Positions 18,621 through 30,037 of a stretch of 64,000 nt of DNA are shown piece after piece. Each line of letters begins with the position of its first letter. Positions within the stretch are counted from its first letter, which is position 1. The notes beneath the pieces were generated by a model, which searched no databases, was not told the origin of the DNA, and saw nothing but the letters and a program-made list of their open reading frames with translations. The position numbers were made by a program, and so were the translations under genes. Source of the DNA: a virus (lineage: Duplodnaviria > Caudoviricetes); the IMG/VR virus record IMGVR_UViG_3300029288_000056, positions 160,001 to 224,000 of that record. One strand, written 5' to 3'.

Positions 18621-18795
18621 GCGTTTTCTTCTCGGCTGTCCATTATCGTCAGTTCCGCGTCCACGGCGCTACACCCTTTGCATTGGTATTCTTTCTTAAC
18701 GGCGGGGTTTGGATGCTCGTCACTCAAGGCGCACGGGACCTTCAGTACGTACTGGTGGAACCCCAGTCTCTCGCAGTAATGATTTTTTATTTTTC

Positions 18796-21015
18796 TCAGT
18801 TGCATTTGCTATATCCGCAATCAAGACATCGCCAGCATCCAGAATCACTTTGCATCTTTTTACCGCATTCTGGACAGACTTCACCCTGACCGATCTCTTC
18901 CCTCTCTACTTCAAGATCGAGATGCTCAACAATGAGCCTTCCTATCGCGTCAGGGCAGCTTAAAATCTGCTTACCTTCGTACCAACAAGGCTTCGGACAG
19001 ATCAGCCCCAAACTCATATTGGCGATTTCTTTCGGTGAGACCCCCGCTCGGATGGCAGTCGAGATGATTCGTCCGCCCCATTCCAAGAACGTCTTGATAC
19101 AGTCGCCGGACTTCCCGAGTTGGGCGAATACCTCACACAGACCTTGCTCGTCGGAGTTCATTGTAACGTACAGATTTCCGCAAGCCGTTGTGACTTTTGG
19201 TGTAACACCGACAAGGACATCAGGTCGAGGTCGTGGCATAAAACCGTTGGCCGACATAACGACGGACTTCTCCTCTGCACCCTTACCTAAAGTGAGTACT
19301 TGTTCGAGCCTACTTCCGTCACGATAGACGGTTATACCTTTGCACCCCGACTTAAAAGCGGTTAGGTACGCGTTGTAAACATCGTCTCGTGTAGCCTCGT
19401 TAGGAAAGTTGATCGTCTTAGAAACGGCGTTGTGCGTATACAATTGAAAGGCCGCTTGCATCTTAATGTGCCACTCGTAGTCAACGTCAAACGTCGTAAG
19501 GAACACAGCCTTAACGTCCTCTGGGATCCCTTCAATGTCTTTAAGACTGCCTTTCCTCTTTACTTCTTCAATCATTTCTTCAGAATAGAATCCCCGCTCC
19601 TTAGCTACTTGTTCAAAGAACGGATTAACAATCGTAAACGTCCTGTCAAGGATATGTCTGTCGTACGCCAAGGAGAAGTACGGCTCAATTCCAGAGGAGC
19701 AGCCCATAATCGTGCTGATCGTACCGGTTGGGGCAATCGTAGTTAAGGTTGCGTTTCTCATGGGAATATCGTAAGTACTATTATCATAATTCATTTGGTT
19801 AATTTCAAAATAAATAGACTTATCCCAGTTCTCAAAACATCCTTTCTTTTCGGCTATCTCGGAGCTCTTCTTACTGGCCATGTCTGTAATCCGCTCCATT
19901 AAATTCTTAGCCAGACTGACCGCCTGTTCGCTATTATACGGAATCCCGAGCTTAACTAACATATCGGCCCAGCCCATTACGCCAAGACCGATCTTACGGT
20001 TAGCTACCGTTTTTTCCTCTATTGCGGGCAATGGGTAGTGGTTCGCATCAATAACATTATCTAGGAAGCAAACTGATAGTTCAACGACCTGCTTAAGTCT
20101 GTTCCAATCAACCGTTCCGTTAGACACGAAGTTAGAAAGGTTGATGCTGCCAAGGTTACATGACTCATGGGGTAGGAGAGGCTGTTCGCCGCAAGGATTT
20201 GTTGCTTCTATTCTTCCTAACGAAATCAGTGGGTTAGAGTTGTTAATTGTGTCAATAAATACAACGCCCGGCTCCCCATTGTTCCAAGCTGAGTCAACGA
20301 TCATATCGAACAACTTGCGTGCGGGTATACTTCCGCACTCCTGCCCGTTTCTGGGATTTATGAAATTCCACTCTAAGTCGTCCTCAACGCACTTCATAAA
20401 ATGATCCGATATTGCGACCGAGATGTTGAAATTTTTAAACGATCCTTCTTCTTTTTTACAATTTATGAATTCTACAATGTTCGGGTGAGAGACGTTGAGA
20501 ATACCCATGCACGCTCCGCGTCTACTTCCGCCCTGTTTTACGACGTCAGTGGCGGCGTCAAACACTTTCATGAATGAGATCGGCCCTGAGCTTACTCCCT
20601 TCGTACTGCTGACCACGTCGCTGCTGGGACGAAGTCTCGAAAAGGAGAAACCAGTTCCACCACCCGCCTTTTGAATAAGAGATGAGTCTTTCACGGCGTC
20701 AAAGATGCTTTCCATGTTATCTTCTACTGGTAATACGAAGCATGCCGAAAGCATACCGTTTCTCTTACCGGCGTTAAAAAGGGTGGGTGAGTTCGGGCAG
20801 AAGTCTCCGTCGCTCATTATCTCATAGAACCGATCCTCTAGTTCTTTAATTTCCTCTTCGGTTGCATCGTACTCCGACTCTACCGCCGCGATTGCGCGCG
20901 CAACTCTTCGCCACATCTCGGATGGTGTCTCAATGAGATTACCGTGCTCGTCCTTTCGCAGGTACCGTTTGTTGAGGATAGTGAGTGATGTTTGATCTAA
21001 AACAAGTTTATCCAT
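18796..21015 (-). CDS. nrdJ: class II (B12-dependent) ribonucleotide reductase with C-terminal TSCPD-like/Zn-ribbon domain
   Basis: PNSPTL, SACFV, GGGTG, TNPCGEQ, IAPTGT, SKTIN, KGITVYRDGSR, LSCPD. Confidence 0.93.
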   Translation of the reverse strand: MDKLVLDQTSLTILNKRYLRKDEHGNLIETPSEMWRRVARAIAAVESEYDATEEEIKELEDRFYEIMSDGDFCPNSPTLFNAGKRNGMLSACFVLPVEDNMESIFDAVKDSSLIQKAGGGTGFSFSRLRPSSDVVSSTKGVSSGPISFMKVFDAATDVVKQGGSRRGACMGILNVSHPNIVEFINCKKEEGSFKNFNISVAISDHFMKCVEDDLEWNFINPRNGQECGSIPARKLFDMIVDSAWNNGEPGVVFIDTINNSNPLISLGRIEATNPCGEQPLLPHESCNLGSINLSNFVSNGTVDWNRLKQVVELSVCFLDNVIDANHYPLPAIEEKTVANRKIGLGVMGWADMLVKLGIPYNSEQAVSLAKNLMERITDMASKKSSEIAEKKGCFENWDKSIYFEINQMNYDNSTYDIPMRNATLTTIAPTGTISTIMGCSSGIEPYFSLAYDRHILDRTFTIVNPFFEQVAKERGFYSEEMIEEVKRKGSLKDIEGIPEDVKAVFLTTFDVDYEWHIKMQAAFQLYTHNAVSKTINFPNEATRDDVYNAYLTAFKSGCKGITVYRDGSRLEQVLTLGKGAEEKSVVMSANGFMPRPRPDVLVGVTPKVTTACGNLYVTMNSDEQGLCEVFAQLGKSGDCIKTFLEWGGRIISTAIRAGVSPKEIANMSLGLICPKPCWYEGKQILSCPDAIGRLIVEHLDLEVEREEIGQGEVCPECGKKMQSDSGCWRCLDCGYSKCN

Positions 21016-22379
21016 TTAAAAATCCTTTATCCAATCTATAGGAATAGGGTTAAATTCGTTGTAATGAAAAATATGTATGTTTTCTATATACCAAAAACGC
21101 TGTGAGTCTTCATTCTGGCTTACTAACATTATGTTCAGTCGCATAACGACGTCGTTGTTGGTGTTGTTTTTAAGGCTCCATTCGTCATACTCTGCTATCG
21201 CTTCGTATCCACTCAAATTAAGATCAGCATAAACACCATCTCCCCTTACTTCAACTACGTTTAATTCACCTATCTCTGTCTCTACTATCTTTTCTAATTC
21301 GTAACGTGTGTAAATTATCTTCGCCATCACAAAATCCGCATCGTAGTTATTAACGGCTTCTATAAGCCGCTCCTCATACTCTGCACCACGGAATTTATAT
21401 ACGACAGTCATTAACGGTGAAATACATTAGGACTATAAAGATATACCGACTCTGGATAATGTATAGTCTTACTACCCGTTTCGTCAGTTACGATCTTTGT
21501 GCTAATAATTAATCTAGCTTCGGATACCTTGGTAAAATTGAAACTCTCAACAAGGTTTATTTCGGCGTATATGATGTTATTCTCTACATACAAAGACGTA
21601 ACATGCCCAACATCGTCGTATTTAAAATCACAATCATCCAAACTAACAAAGACGGCCTTAATAGCTAAGACGTTAAAGTTACTGACCGCGGTTAAGAACG
21701 TACCTCTCGATAGTATAGGTATGTCATCTAAGTTACAGACCTTAAAAATCATTACGCCTCCATTAAGAAGATAAAATCAATATAATCTATTATGTTTCCC
21801 TCGTGCGTCGCCTTAAGTAGTTTGTAAGTGAAGTGAGCAACCTTTAAGTTCTCACTCTTCATCTTATTAAAGGCAGTATCGTTCACATCAAGTGTAACAT
21901 ACACTCTAACGTCTACAGTCCTAATATTACTAACTACACCAAAAAATGATGCTCGCTTTTCTTTGTCTTGATAAAAGACGGGAATGTTATACAACTTCAG
22001 CTCGGAATTCTCGATAGCCTGCTTAAACGCGGCATCCTCGTCCGTCAAGACGCCCAATTGAAATTCTTTAATAAGAGCCATATTCCACCTCAATGTTTGG
22101 TATAACCCACATTCCCCATTCGAACTGCTCGTTAGGGAAGACAAACTCTAGTGTGTCTTTCATTGCTAGCGCGTTTTTAGACCACTCGTTAATTGGGATC
22201 GGTATTCGAGTGGCCGTATCATCAAGAGGAAAGGTCTGGATAAACCCAATATACCTTTCACCGTTTGTGTCCTGCATACAATTAACCGGTATCTGTATGA
22301 TACCGCTGTCGATTATCTCTCTCATTGTGAGAGTCGTTCTTGCACCAAAGACTACACTGCAATTAATGTTGATTATCAT
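21016..22379 (-). other. four tandem divergent paralogous small genes (22068-22379, 21752-22081, 21411-21752, 21016-21411)
   Basis: Shared A(V/I)xN...(I/A)(P/K)V...G-x-(V/L/I)...(V/I)Y(A/V)x(L/I) pattern; abutting or overlapping starts and stops. Confidence 0.55.
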
Positions 22380-23578
22380 GCAGCTTTTTCTATCATTGGA
22401 CCATCAACGACGAAGTTCGTTTGTGAAGTGTTGGGCAGGTCGTAAATCCAATTCACAAGGACCCTCTCAAGTATTGATCTCAAACCACGTGCTCCTGTGT
22501 TTCGTTCAACTGCTTCCTCTGCAATCATTTGCAGTGCTTTGTCTCTAAATTCCAGCTTTTTACCCTCACTAGCAAATAGCCATTGATACTGCTTGACCAA
22601 TGCGTTCTTAGGTTCGGTCAAGATTTGTATCAACTCATCGCGGCTTAGTTTGTTAGTCGAGGTTATAATCGGAAGCCGGCCTATCAACTCCGGTATAAGT
22701 CCGAAGCTATGAAGATCGTCCGGCTCCAGTTGAGTTATAAGCTCATTAAAGTCGTCGCCTTTCTTGGGCGCGAGTTTGGAACCGAACCCGATAACCGTTT
22801 CTTTGCAGACTCGTTTTTTAATGACGTCTTCAATCCCTTCAAAACTGCCGCCGCAGATAAACAAGATCTTGCTGGTGTCGATCTGAATACACTCTTGTTG
22901 TGGGTGTTTACGCCCACCTTGAGGTGGAACACTTGCAATCGTCCCCTCTAATATCTTTAACAACGCCTGCTGCACACCTTCCCCTGAAACATCACGAGTA
23001 ATAGAGGCGTTTTCCCCTTTGCGACCGATCTTGTCAATTTCGTCTATGTAGATGATTCCCTTCTCTGCCCGATCAATGTCATAATCGGCGTTCTGGATAA
23101 GTCTGACTAGAACGTTTTCAACGTCGTCACCAACGTAGCCCGCCTCAGTAAGGGTCGTAGCGTCGGCGATTGCGAAAGGAACGTTCAATTTCTTTGCGAG
23201 GCACTGAGCTATCAGAGTCTTGCCTGTCCCTGTAGGACCAGTGATTAAGACGTTGGATTTTTCACATTCGATATCCTCAAACCCTTCAACTACGGGAGAG
23301 AGAATGTGTTTGTAGTGTTTGAATACGGCGACGGCCACATCTCGCTTTGCTCTTTCTTGACCGATAACGTACTGATTGAGGTACTCATGAATAGCGCGAG
23401 GAGTAAAGTCGTCACCTATCTCAATAGTAGTCTCGTCTTTCTTGGTGAATCTCTTTCTTAATTCCACTTCACCTAAAACCATCATGTCATTAAAACAATG
23501 TCCACAATAAAGGCCTAGGGGTGTAGACACTTCTACTGGCTCTTGGTTGCAAATACTGCATAAAATTTTTTCGCTCAC
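22376..23578 (-). CDS. clpX: ATP-dependent Clp protease ATPase subunit ClpX
   Basis: N-terminal C4 Zn domain, [12 protein letters not shown] pore loop, [18 protein letters not shown] loop, IGF loop, GARGLR. Confidence 0.97.
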   Translation of the reverse strand: MSEKILCSICNQEPVEVSTPLGLYCGHCFNDMMVLGEVELRKRFTKKDETTIEIGDDFTPRAIHEYLNQYVIGQERAKRDVAVAVFKHYKHILSPVVEGFEDIECEKSNVLITGPTGTGKTLIAQCLAKKLNVPFAIADATTLTEAGYVGDDVENVLVRLIQNADYDIDRAEKGIIYIDEIDKIGRKGENASITRDVSGEGVQQALLKILEGTIASVPPQGGRKHPQQECIQIDTSKILFICGGSFEGIEDVIKKRVCKETVIGFGSKLAPKKGDDFNELITQLEPDDLHSFGLIPELIGRLPIITSTNKLSRDELIQILTEPKNALVKQYQWLFASEGKKLEFRDKALQMIAEEAVERNTGARGLRSILERVLVNWIYDLPNTSQTNFVVDGPMIEKAA

Positions 23579-23586
23579 ACAACCTC

Positions 23587-24222
23587 CTAAGTTGCTATTA
23601 TCTTACAGTTCATTTTAATACATTGGATTATTTCGCCCGATGTATTAAACTCGCTATTCTCATTCTCATACATTGTAACATAAAAACCTAAGGAAGTCAA
23701 GCGCGAAATTAGGTCTTTTCCGTGTCTTCTTAAATGATCATTCTGCACTAAAAGGTTGGCCTTCTCGTCTTCTGTTGCATTTTCTCTTTCAATAGTATGG
23801 TCAATCAATGGCGGTAACTGTAACAAAAGAACCCCATCATGTCTCAAGACTCTAAAGATCTCCGTCAGTGCCACATCGTCATCTTTCACATGCTCTAAGA
23901 CATGGCTGCAAATAACTATATCAAAAGTGTCAGATGCGCATGTAAGGTACTCTAAATCCATTACAAAGTCTAACCCCTTGTACTTCCTCACATCAACAGA
24001 GATAACTTCTATGTTTGTCATTGCCCTGATATTTTGGAGAAGCGGAATGAACGGCGCAATGTGAAGTACAGTAAAGTGTCTCTTCTTTGATAGACCTTGC
24101 AAAAACAACCATAAAAGCCGTTGTCTTTCTAGTGAGCCACAATGAGGACAGCGAGCATTAGGCCTAGCGCCCTGCTCCAACCACTTGTCCACTTTCTCGT
24201 TACAAATTGGACACTTCATCAT
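23587..24222 (-). CDS. class I SAM-dependent methyltransferase
   Basis: [13 protein letters not shown], [17 protein letters not shown]. Confidence 0.85.
   Translation of the reverse strand: MMKCPICNEKVDKWLEQGARPNARCPHCGSLERQRLLWLFLQGLSKKRHFTVLHIAPFIPLLQNIRAMTNIEVISVDVRKYKGLDFVMDLEYLTCASDTFDIVICSHVLEHVKDDDVALTEIFRVLRHDGVLLLQLPPLIDHTIERENATEDEKANLLVQNDHLRRHGKDLISRLTSLGFYVTMYENENSEFNTSGEIIQCIKMNCKIIAT
23672..23700 (-). promoter_or_regulatory. internal sigma70-type promoter upstream of clpX, TTGACT-17-TACAAT
   Basis: Motif copy embedded in the methyltransferase 3' end. Confidence 0.65.
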
Positions 24223-24393
24223 TCTTAACTTTCGTAAACTTTTGCCACTTCAGGTCGGGGAACTTCATGCCATGCCCGTCGCAAAGTACGGCTTGGCTAA
24301 CCGAAGCATCGTACCACTTTGCAGCTTCCTCACCTTCAAGAATCAGGATGGTCCCGTCTTCGAAATCAAGTTGAACTCTAACGGTTTTAGCGT

Positions 24394-24714
24394 TCATTTT
24401 ATCTCCTCTATATCGGTTAACTGGATTCCTCGAAAACGTTCTTCGGTTAAAACTTTTCCTTTATAGTGATGCCCAACAATGATATGATTTAAGATCTGTT
24501 TATCATCCCTACCGTACATAACCTCATAATTACCCGAGGTGGTGATAATTGTATAGGTATATTCAGATGTTGAGATTTGCAATACCGTCCCAATGTCTTG
24601 CCATTTCCCCAATGTAGAGTTAAGCGGATGGCCTTCACACCCTATCAGAAGATTAGTGGCCATAAACATATAGAGGCCAGCTAAGAATATTGGAACGATT
24701 TTAAAGCCTTTCAT
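24394..24714 (-). CDS. predicted lipoprotein, WxDIGTV/TxxGNY family
   Basis: Lipobox-like LIGC; KWQDIGTVL, IITTSGNYE. Confidence 0.6.
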   Translation of the reverse strand: MKGFKIVPIFLAGLYMFMATNLLIGCEGHPLNSTLGKWQDIGTVLQISTSEYTYTIITTSGNYEVMYGRDDKQILNHIIVGHHYKGKVLTEERFRGIQLTDIEEIK

Positions 24715-25469
24715 TTTAGCTCCTTATAACTGGGAATTATACCGTCACTCTTTGCAAATAGCAATATCTGTTCTATGCGATTTCTGATTTGAGATTCAAA
24801 ATCAACACTGTTATCGAGGACACCCCACCCATCAATATAGGGGACAAAGTTTTTACCTCCGCCACCATTTTTAGGTGTCCATACCCCATCAACCCACCAA
24901 TCGCCACCTCTTTTTGTATAATCGTATATGGTGATTCTAAAAGCATCATCACTGTTTATTATAATACCATCATCAGACACCAAACTGCACGACATTACCG
25001 CGGATACACACGGATAGTAGGCATCAGATTTTAAGTGATAGGACGGTTTATCGCCAAAAATGGACTTAACTAAATCATAAATCTCTTGTAACTTATTCAT
25101 TTTATCTCCTTTTGGTATATCGTTTCATCGTAACGCACTTGATAGCGACAGGATGGGTACCAAACATTCAATGATGGAGCCTTAACGGCCTCTGTCACGT
25201 TAACGCCGACACCAGTTAACACCCTAGTAGCTACATCAAGAAAGTCTTGATGTCCCGTTTTTCCCTCTTTAGTACATGAGCCGGGCGAAATACTGAATGC
25301 GACGGATTGTTCACTGGTGGGGAATATATACAGGCAGCCAGCCTTCTTAAGGGTATCTACTACTAACCTAGTTGTAGTATTCATTTGCACCTTTCAAATT
25401 AGTTGTGGAAGAAGGATTCACACCTTCACCATTCCCATGGAATATTCTAATTAAACTATTCCACAACCT

Positions 25470-26672
25470 CTATTCGTCTTTTTCCTTAAGCAAGAACTGG
25501 TTAGAAATCGCCTTGAAGCTCTTCTTGCTGAACGAGCAATCTACGTCGTTCTGGTTTCTGAACACAAGTCCCTCTCTCCGGCCGGCTGGGTAAATCACGG
25601 AATTCCCGTCAGCCATACTCAAGAGGTTGCCAATTATAGATCCGCGAGACTGATTGAATCTAGCTATGAGATCCTTGTCAATCTCAGCGCGGTCTATGAC
25701 GGCTTTTCGTTCCTGAGTAGCCTTGATCAAGTCTGCGCAAGCATCCTTAAATTCTGGTCTAGCCGAAATCACAAAGTCAGTTTCAATTACAGGAACAAAC
25801 TCAAGTCCCAATTCCGCAACAACAGACTTCATTTCGTCAAGGCTCAAGAACTTTTGAGTACTTATGTTGAAGACGTTGAACACGAACAACTTCTGTCCAG
25901 CAATCTTGTACTTGTTACCCTGAATTCCTTCGCCCACGATTTCACCCTGAATAGCGAAGTCGAAGCCGTTCTTTTCCCTGTAAGCCCGCATCTTCTCTTC
26001 TATATCATTCCAAAGAGCGACCTTCCAGTAGACGTTGTTTTCCTTCTTGCGAGGCTTGTAGCCCGTCACCTTATTCCAAATGGATCTAATCCAAGAAATC
26101 TTCTCCGGAAGATCCATCCGCTTCCAAGCGAGGTTTCTACTGCACACATCAAACATGTCCTTATGCAACATGAATGTGACAGAAGTTCCATCTAACTTCT
26201 CGGTGATGTAGAATCTCTCATCTATGAGGCCTTCGATTTCGCGGCCAAGATTCTGAATTCGCTCTTCGTCGGTCTTAGGCACACAACCGGGGAACAAACC
26301 TTTCGCATCTCCCCCGAGGCTTGCTGAAACCTTCGGCTCATAGAGCACAATGCCCAAGGCGTCAGTAACATCGTCGTCCTCGTTCCACTTACCCTTCGGC
26401 AAGATGGAAAGAGGAAAGCAAATACCCTGTGAAATTTGGCCGCGCAATTTTATGCTCTTAATACGAAACTTGCGATCCCTCAAGAACTCAAACTCTGGCT
26501 TCTCAGGAAAGACGGAATCAATTTCGCAAAATATGATTTTATCTCCCGCCTTATAAGCTTCGGACTTAAGAACAACGACGGCCCATCCTCCAACACGAAC
26601 ACCCTCTATAGAGTCGGCTCCCTCAATTGGGAATACCTCGTCCACTCGTCTAATTGTAGCTAATTTACGCAT
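25470..26672 (-). CDS. RNA ligase, Rnl2/DRB0094-like family
   Basis: RKLATIRR, EIDS, LRGQISQG, PKTDEERIQN, motif I TEKLDGTS, QGEIVG, EGLV, FKAISN. Confidence 0.92.
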   Translation of the reverse strand: MRKLATIRRVDEVFPIEGADSIEGVRVGGWAVVVLKSEAYKAGDKIIFCEIDSVFPEKPEFEFLRDRKFRIKSIKLRGQISQGICFPLSILPKGKWNEDDDVTDALGIVLYEPKVSASLGGDAKGLFPGCVPKTDEERIQNLGREIEGLIDERFYITEKLDGTSVTFMLHKDMFDVCSRNLAWKRMDLPEKISWIRSIWNKVTGYKPRKKENNVYWKVALWNDIEEKMRAYREKNGFDFAIQGEIVGEGIQGNKYKIAGQKLFVFNVFNISTQKFLSLDEMKSVVAELGLEFVPVIETDFVISARPEFKDACADLIKATQERKAVIDRAEIDKDLIARFNQSRGSIIGNLLSMADGNSVIYPAGRREGLVFRNQNDVDCSFSKKSFKAISNQFLLKEKDE

Positions 26673-27011
26673 TTTAAGCTCTCCTTATGATGCTTCTCAA
26701 TGACTTTTCCAATAATCAGTGACGTTTGGCATTTCTCCACGTTTAGCCTTTTCGACAGCCGGGAGTTCATACTTAATAAGCATTTCAAGTTCTCTTACAA
26801 CAGAATCAAAATCAATGTCACTACTTATAGGGTGATCTTCTGGCCATCTTTTCCTATAATCCTCTGTGCAAGGGTTAACAGCGAAGAATTTTTCTGCTGT
26901 TTGCCATACACCAAACCCCTTTTCGGTAGGAAGAATGTAAAATCCTAACTCAAGAGCCTGCTTAATTATTTTGGCCTGTCTATTAAACATTTTTCCTCCT
27001 ATTTTCAAGTC

Positions 27012-27133
27012 ATAATATCATAGGTCGTTACAAAAGTCAAGCACTTTTTTCGGAATTAGTTCTAGAAAGTTTCCCATATGTTATACTGTAAGCGAAGATT
27101 TAGCTTGACTTTTTGGCCATCTTATGTTATATT
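27012..27133. promoter_or_regulatory. divergent promoter pair (minus 27012-27040; plus 27105-27133)
   Basis: TTGACT-17-TATTAT and TTGACT-17-TATATT, both with TATG extension. Confidence 0.8.
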
Positions 27134-27153
27134 GTATTCATAGAAAGGAAGTT

Positions 27154-28365
27154 ATGGATTCTAAAACACAGAAAAACGAACTACAATTTGAGCTGGCACC
27201 TGAGGCTATAGCGCTTATACAGAGTGCTCAAGACTTCCTGAACCAGTTTAACCAATCATCCGAAGAGTTTAATCAGCTCTCAAGTTCTACAATTGCGAGT
27301 ATAGCTAATCGGTTGAAGATTTTCAGAATGAACCCCACTGAAGATCAGCAGATAGCTCTTCTTAATAATCTGTTAGACATATTCAGTGAGATTGAGACTA
27401 ACTACAATGACGCGATATTGAACTTCGCCAACTACGTAGGCAACGCTTCGCTAGAATTGGCAGGTAGGTTTATGGGCAAGGATCATGGACCGATACCGGG
27501 TAAACTCAAGGTAGTTTTCTCACCAAAAATGTCTGCTACAAATCCGGGGGCTTATTCCCCATCAGCAGGTAAACCGGCCAAGGCCGTAAACGACTGGCTG
27601 TCAATACCAGACATTGCTAAGTACATCACGGTCGTTGAACCACAAGCTGCAACGCCAGAAGAAATATCAGGCGCCCATAATCAGTTCTACGTTTATGGAA
27701 TCCTGAATAGGGTTATCGCGAACGGATTTGGTAACTATAACGCCGAAGTCGCAGCTTCACTACCTTATACAAGTGGCGCAATGATAACGGCAGCGTTGAT
27801 CGCTCTAGAGGATAAGACAGCAGTTTGCGCACCAACTTCTGGGTTTCATCATGCAACTTACAGTGGTGGTGGAGGCTTCTGCACATTCAACGGATTAATG
27901 GTTGCAGCAGTTGAACTCCTGAAAGAGGGTCTAGTAAAAAAGGTGGGTATCCTCGATTGTGATGAGCATTACGGAAACGGAACGGATAACATCATTAGAA
28001 AGCTTGACCTTGGTGGTAAGATAATGCACTTCACAATGGGCGATCTTTTCACAAACGCCGCACAAGCAAAGTACTTCTTGTCGGTTCTACCGGAGATAGT
28101 GGAGCACATGGCTCAGAACTGCGACATCATCTTCTATCAAGCCGGCGCGGATCCTCACATCAACGACCCACTTGGTGGTTGGCTAACAGACGAACAGCTT
28201 CAAGAGAGAGATAGAATCGTATTCACTACGGTTAAGAAATATAACACGCCTCTCGTGTGGAACTTAGCCGGTGGATATCAGGTCGGTGTTAACGGAGATC
28301 TCGAAAAGGTCCTTAGGATTCACCGCAATACAATTAAGGAAGCTATCAACGCTTACGCTTCATAA
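27154..28365 (+). CDS. Zn-dependent histone-deacetylase-family protein with extra N-terminal helical domain
   Basis: GFHHA, GGFC, LDCDEHYGNGT, QAGAD..DPLG, GGY; own promoter and AAGGA SD; only plus-strand gene. Confidence 0.9.
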   Translation: MDSKTQKNELQFELAPEAIALIQSAQDFLNQFNQSSEEFNQLSSSTIASIANRLKIFRMNPTEDQQIALLNNLLDIFSEIETNYNDAILNFANYVGNASLELAGRFMGKDHGPIPGKLKVVFSPKMSATNPGAYSPSAGKPAKAVNDWLSIPDIAKYITVVEPQAATPEEISGAHNQFYVYGILNRVIANGFGNYNAEVAASLPYTSGAMITAALIALEDKTAVCAPTSGFHHATYSGGGGFCTFNGLMVAAVELLKEGLVKKVGILDCDEHYGNGTDNIIRKLDLGGKIMHFTMGDLFTNAAQAKYFLSVLPEIVEHMAQNCDIIFYQAGADPHINDPLGGWLTDEQLQERDRIVFTTVKKYNTPLVWNLAGGYQVGVNGDLEKVLRIHRNTIKEAINAYAS

Positions 28366-28399
28366 AAAAGTCCTCTAGTTTATCTAGAGGATTTTTTTT
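28364..28399. terminator. bidirectional intrinsic terminator
   Basis: A-run, TCCTCTAG/CTAGAGGA stem, T-run, at the junction of convergent genes. Confidence 0.8.
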
Positions 28400-29450
28400 G
28401 CCCAAAAGCTTTTAAAACTTCGTCAGCTATCATTCTCGGCGTTATTTCTTGCCAACATCTTCCATAACCGTATTCGTCCGGGTGCTGGCAAGGTTCGTCC
28501 CATTTTTTCCAACAAGGTATACACGGCAGTTGGGACGACTCCAAGATTCTAACGCGGGGATGATACTTTGTTCTTGCATAAGAGGATGAAGGCCCAAACA
28601 GACCGACGGTCGGTGTTTGAAAAGCGGCACCCAAATGAAGGGCTGCGCTATCACAAGAAACAATCACATCGGCTAAACTAATGAGCGCAACAAAGTCGTC
28701 TATGGTTGGGGTTATTCCAGTCATAACTCTCGTCTTGTAGCCCTTAAGCCAATTGAAGTCAGCTACATTAGGGTCTTCGTTCAACGACATTATTTGATCC
28801 GGATAACCAATCATAAGACAGTTGGCCGTCTGTGCGATTATCTCAGCCGCCTCTAGAAGCTGTCGCGGAGGATAGGTCCTCAATAACGAACTCGCAGCTA
28901 ACTGCCAAATCACTAAAGGCCTGTTATCCCAGTGAGATGTGTAGAAGTTATTATGTATTCCTAGAGTCTTCCCCTTAAACCACGATATGTACTTTGAGAC
29001 GTTTTCTTCTTTTGGATAACACTCTAAAGTATGGTCCGTCAGTTCTAACCCAAACTGTTGAGCTATAACATCAATACCATCCCCACTGAAATCATGTAGA
29101 AGTCCATGATCCATAACTACGAGGTTTTTACCCAGTAGTAGATCCTTCTTGATGGGGAACAGCCAAATGTTTTCTAGGTTAGGATTATTTTGCAGAACGG
29201 TCGCACCATAGGAGGAGACCAGACTGACCTTCTTGCCAAGGGCCCTAAGTGTTGGAGTAAACATTAGTGCGTCCCCAATTGCAAGCTGCATAGCAATAAC
29301 GACGTCGTTAAGACCCGTCGTTTGTTGCCAATCTAGAAGGTTAATACCTTCCCAATCATCCTCTATTGTTTCTCCGGGAGCGCAATCTTTGAAGTTATAC
29401 GGTGTTAAGTATACGTCTTGGCCACAGCGAGAAAACGTAAATAAACTCAT
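28380..29450 (-). CDS. glycosyltransferase family 9 (heptosyltransferase-like)
   Basis: AIGDAL..TP, DSAALHLGAA..PTVGLFGP, CxPC motifs. Confidence 0.88.
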   Translation of the reverse strand: MSLFTFSRCGQDVYLTPYNFKDCAPGETIEDDWEGINLLDWQQTTGLNDVVIAMQLAIGDALMFTPTLRALGKKVSLVSSYGATVLQNNPNLENIWLFPIKKDLLLGKNLVVMDHGLLHDFSGDGIDVIAQQFGLELTDHTLECYPKEENVSKYISWFKGKTLGIHNNFYTSHWDNRPLVIWQLAASSLLRTYPPRQLLEAAEIIAQTANCLMIGYPDQIMSLNEDPNVADFNWLKGYKTRVMTGITPTIDDFVALISLADVIVSCDSAALHLGAAFQTPTVGLFGPSSSYARTKYHPRVRILESSQLPCIPCWKKWDEPCQHPDEYGYGRCWQEITPRMIADEVLKAFGQKKSSR

Positions 29451-30037
29451 AGTTCAAAATGAGCAGAAAATACTTTGCGAATTCTCTCTTGAACGGTTTG
29501 CTCTGAGAAATTAGAGTTAACAACCGTTATGCGTTCCGGGTTACTGTATGCAAGACTTTGGTATCCGCATTGAATGTTGAACAGTGAATTAGAGAGCGAC
29601 TCTCTGTCATCCGTCCCAGCCTCGTCTCTCTTCTCAATACGCTCTATAGCTTTATCAACCTCAATGTCTAACAGGATGGTGAGACTAGGTTTAATTGTGT
29701 AGAACCGTTCGTACAAGTCGTTATAGTAGTTAAGCCCAGCGCCGTAAATTTGGTAGGCGTAGAAGCTGTCAAAGTAGCGGTCTATTATAACAAATCCTTT
29801 TCTTCGCCCAGTGAGAAGTGGTTCGATCTGGTTGGTAAGGTTGTGTAGGTCTGCCAAATAAAGAAGAGCCTTAGTGTCTTGGTCGTAGTCCTTCATCGTC
29901 AGATCCTTAATATCCTTAACATAAGGAGCTTTCAGCGCCATAGCTTGGTGACCGTTTTCTTTCAACCACTGAGCTAACAGGGCAGACTGGTACGTCTTAC
30001 CCGAACCGTCAATTCCTTCTAATGTAATGAGCTTCAC
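29447..30037 (-). CDS. tmk: thymidylate kinase
   Basis: [16 protein letters not shown]. Confidence 0.93.
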   Translation of the reverse strand: MKLITLEGIDGSGKTYQSALLAQWLKENGHQAMALKAPYVKDIKDLTMKDYDQDTKALLYLADLHNLTNQIEPLLTGRRKGFVIIDRYFDSFYAYQIYGAGLNYYNDLYERFYTIKPSLTILLDIEVDKAIERIEKRDEAGTDDRESLSNSLFNIQCGYQSLAYSNPERITVVNSNFSEQTVQERIRKVFSAHFEL

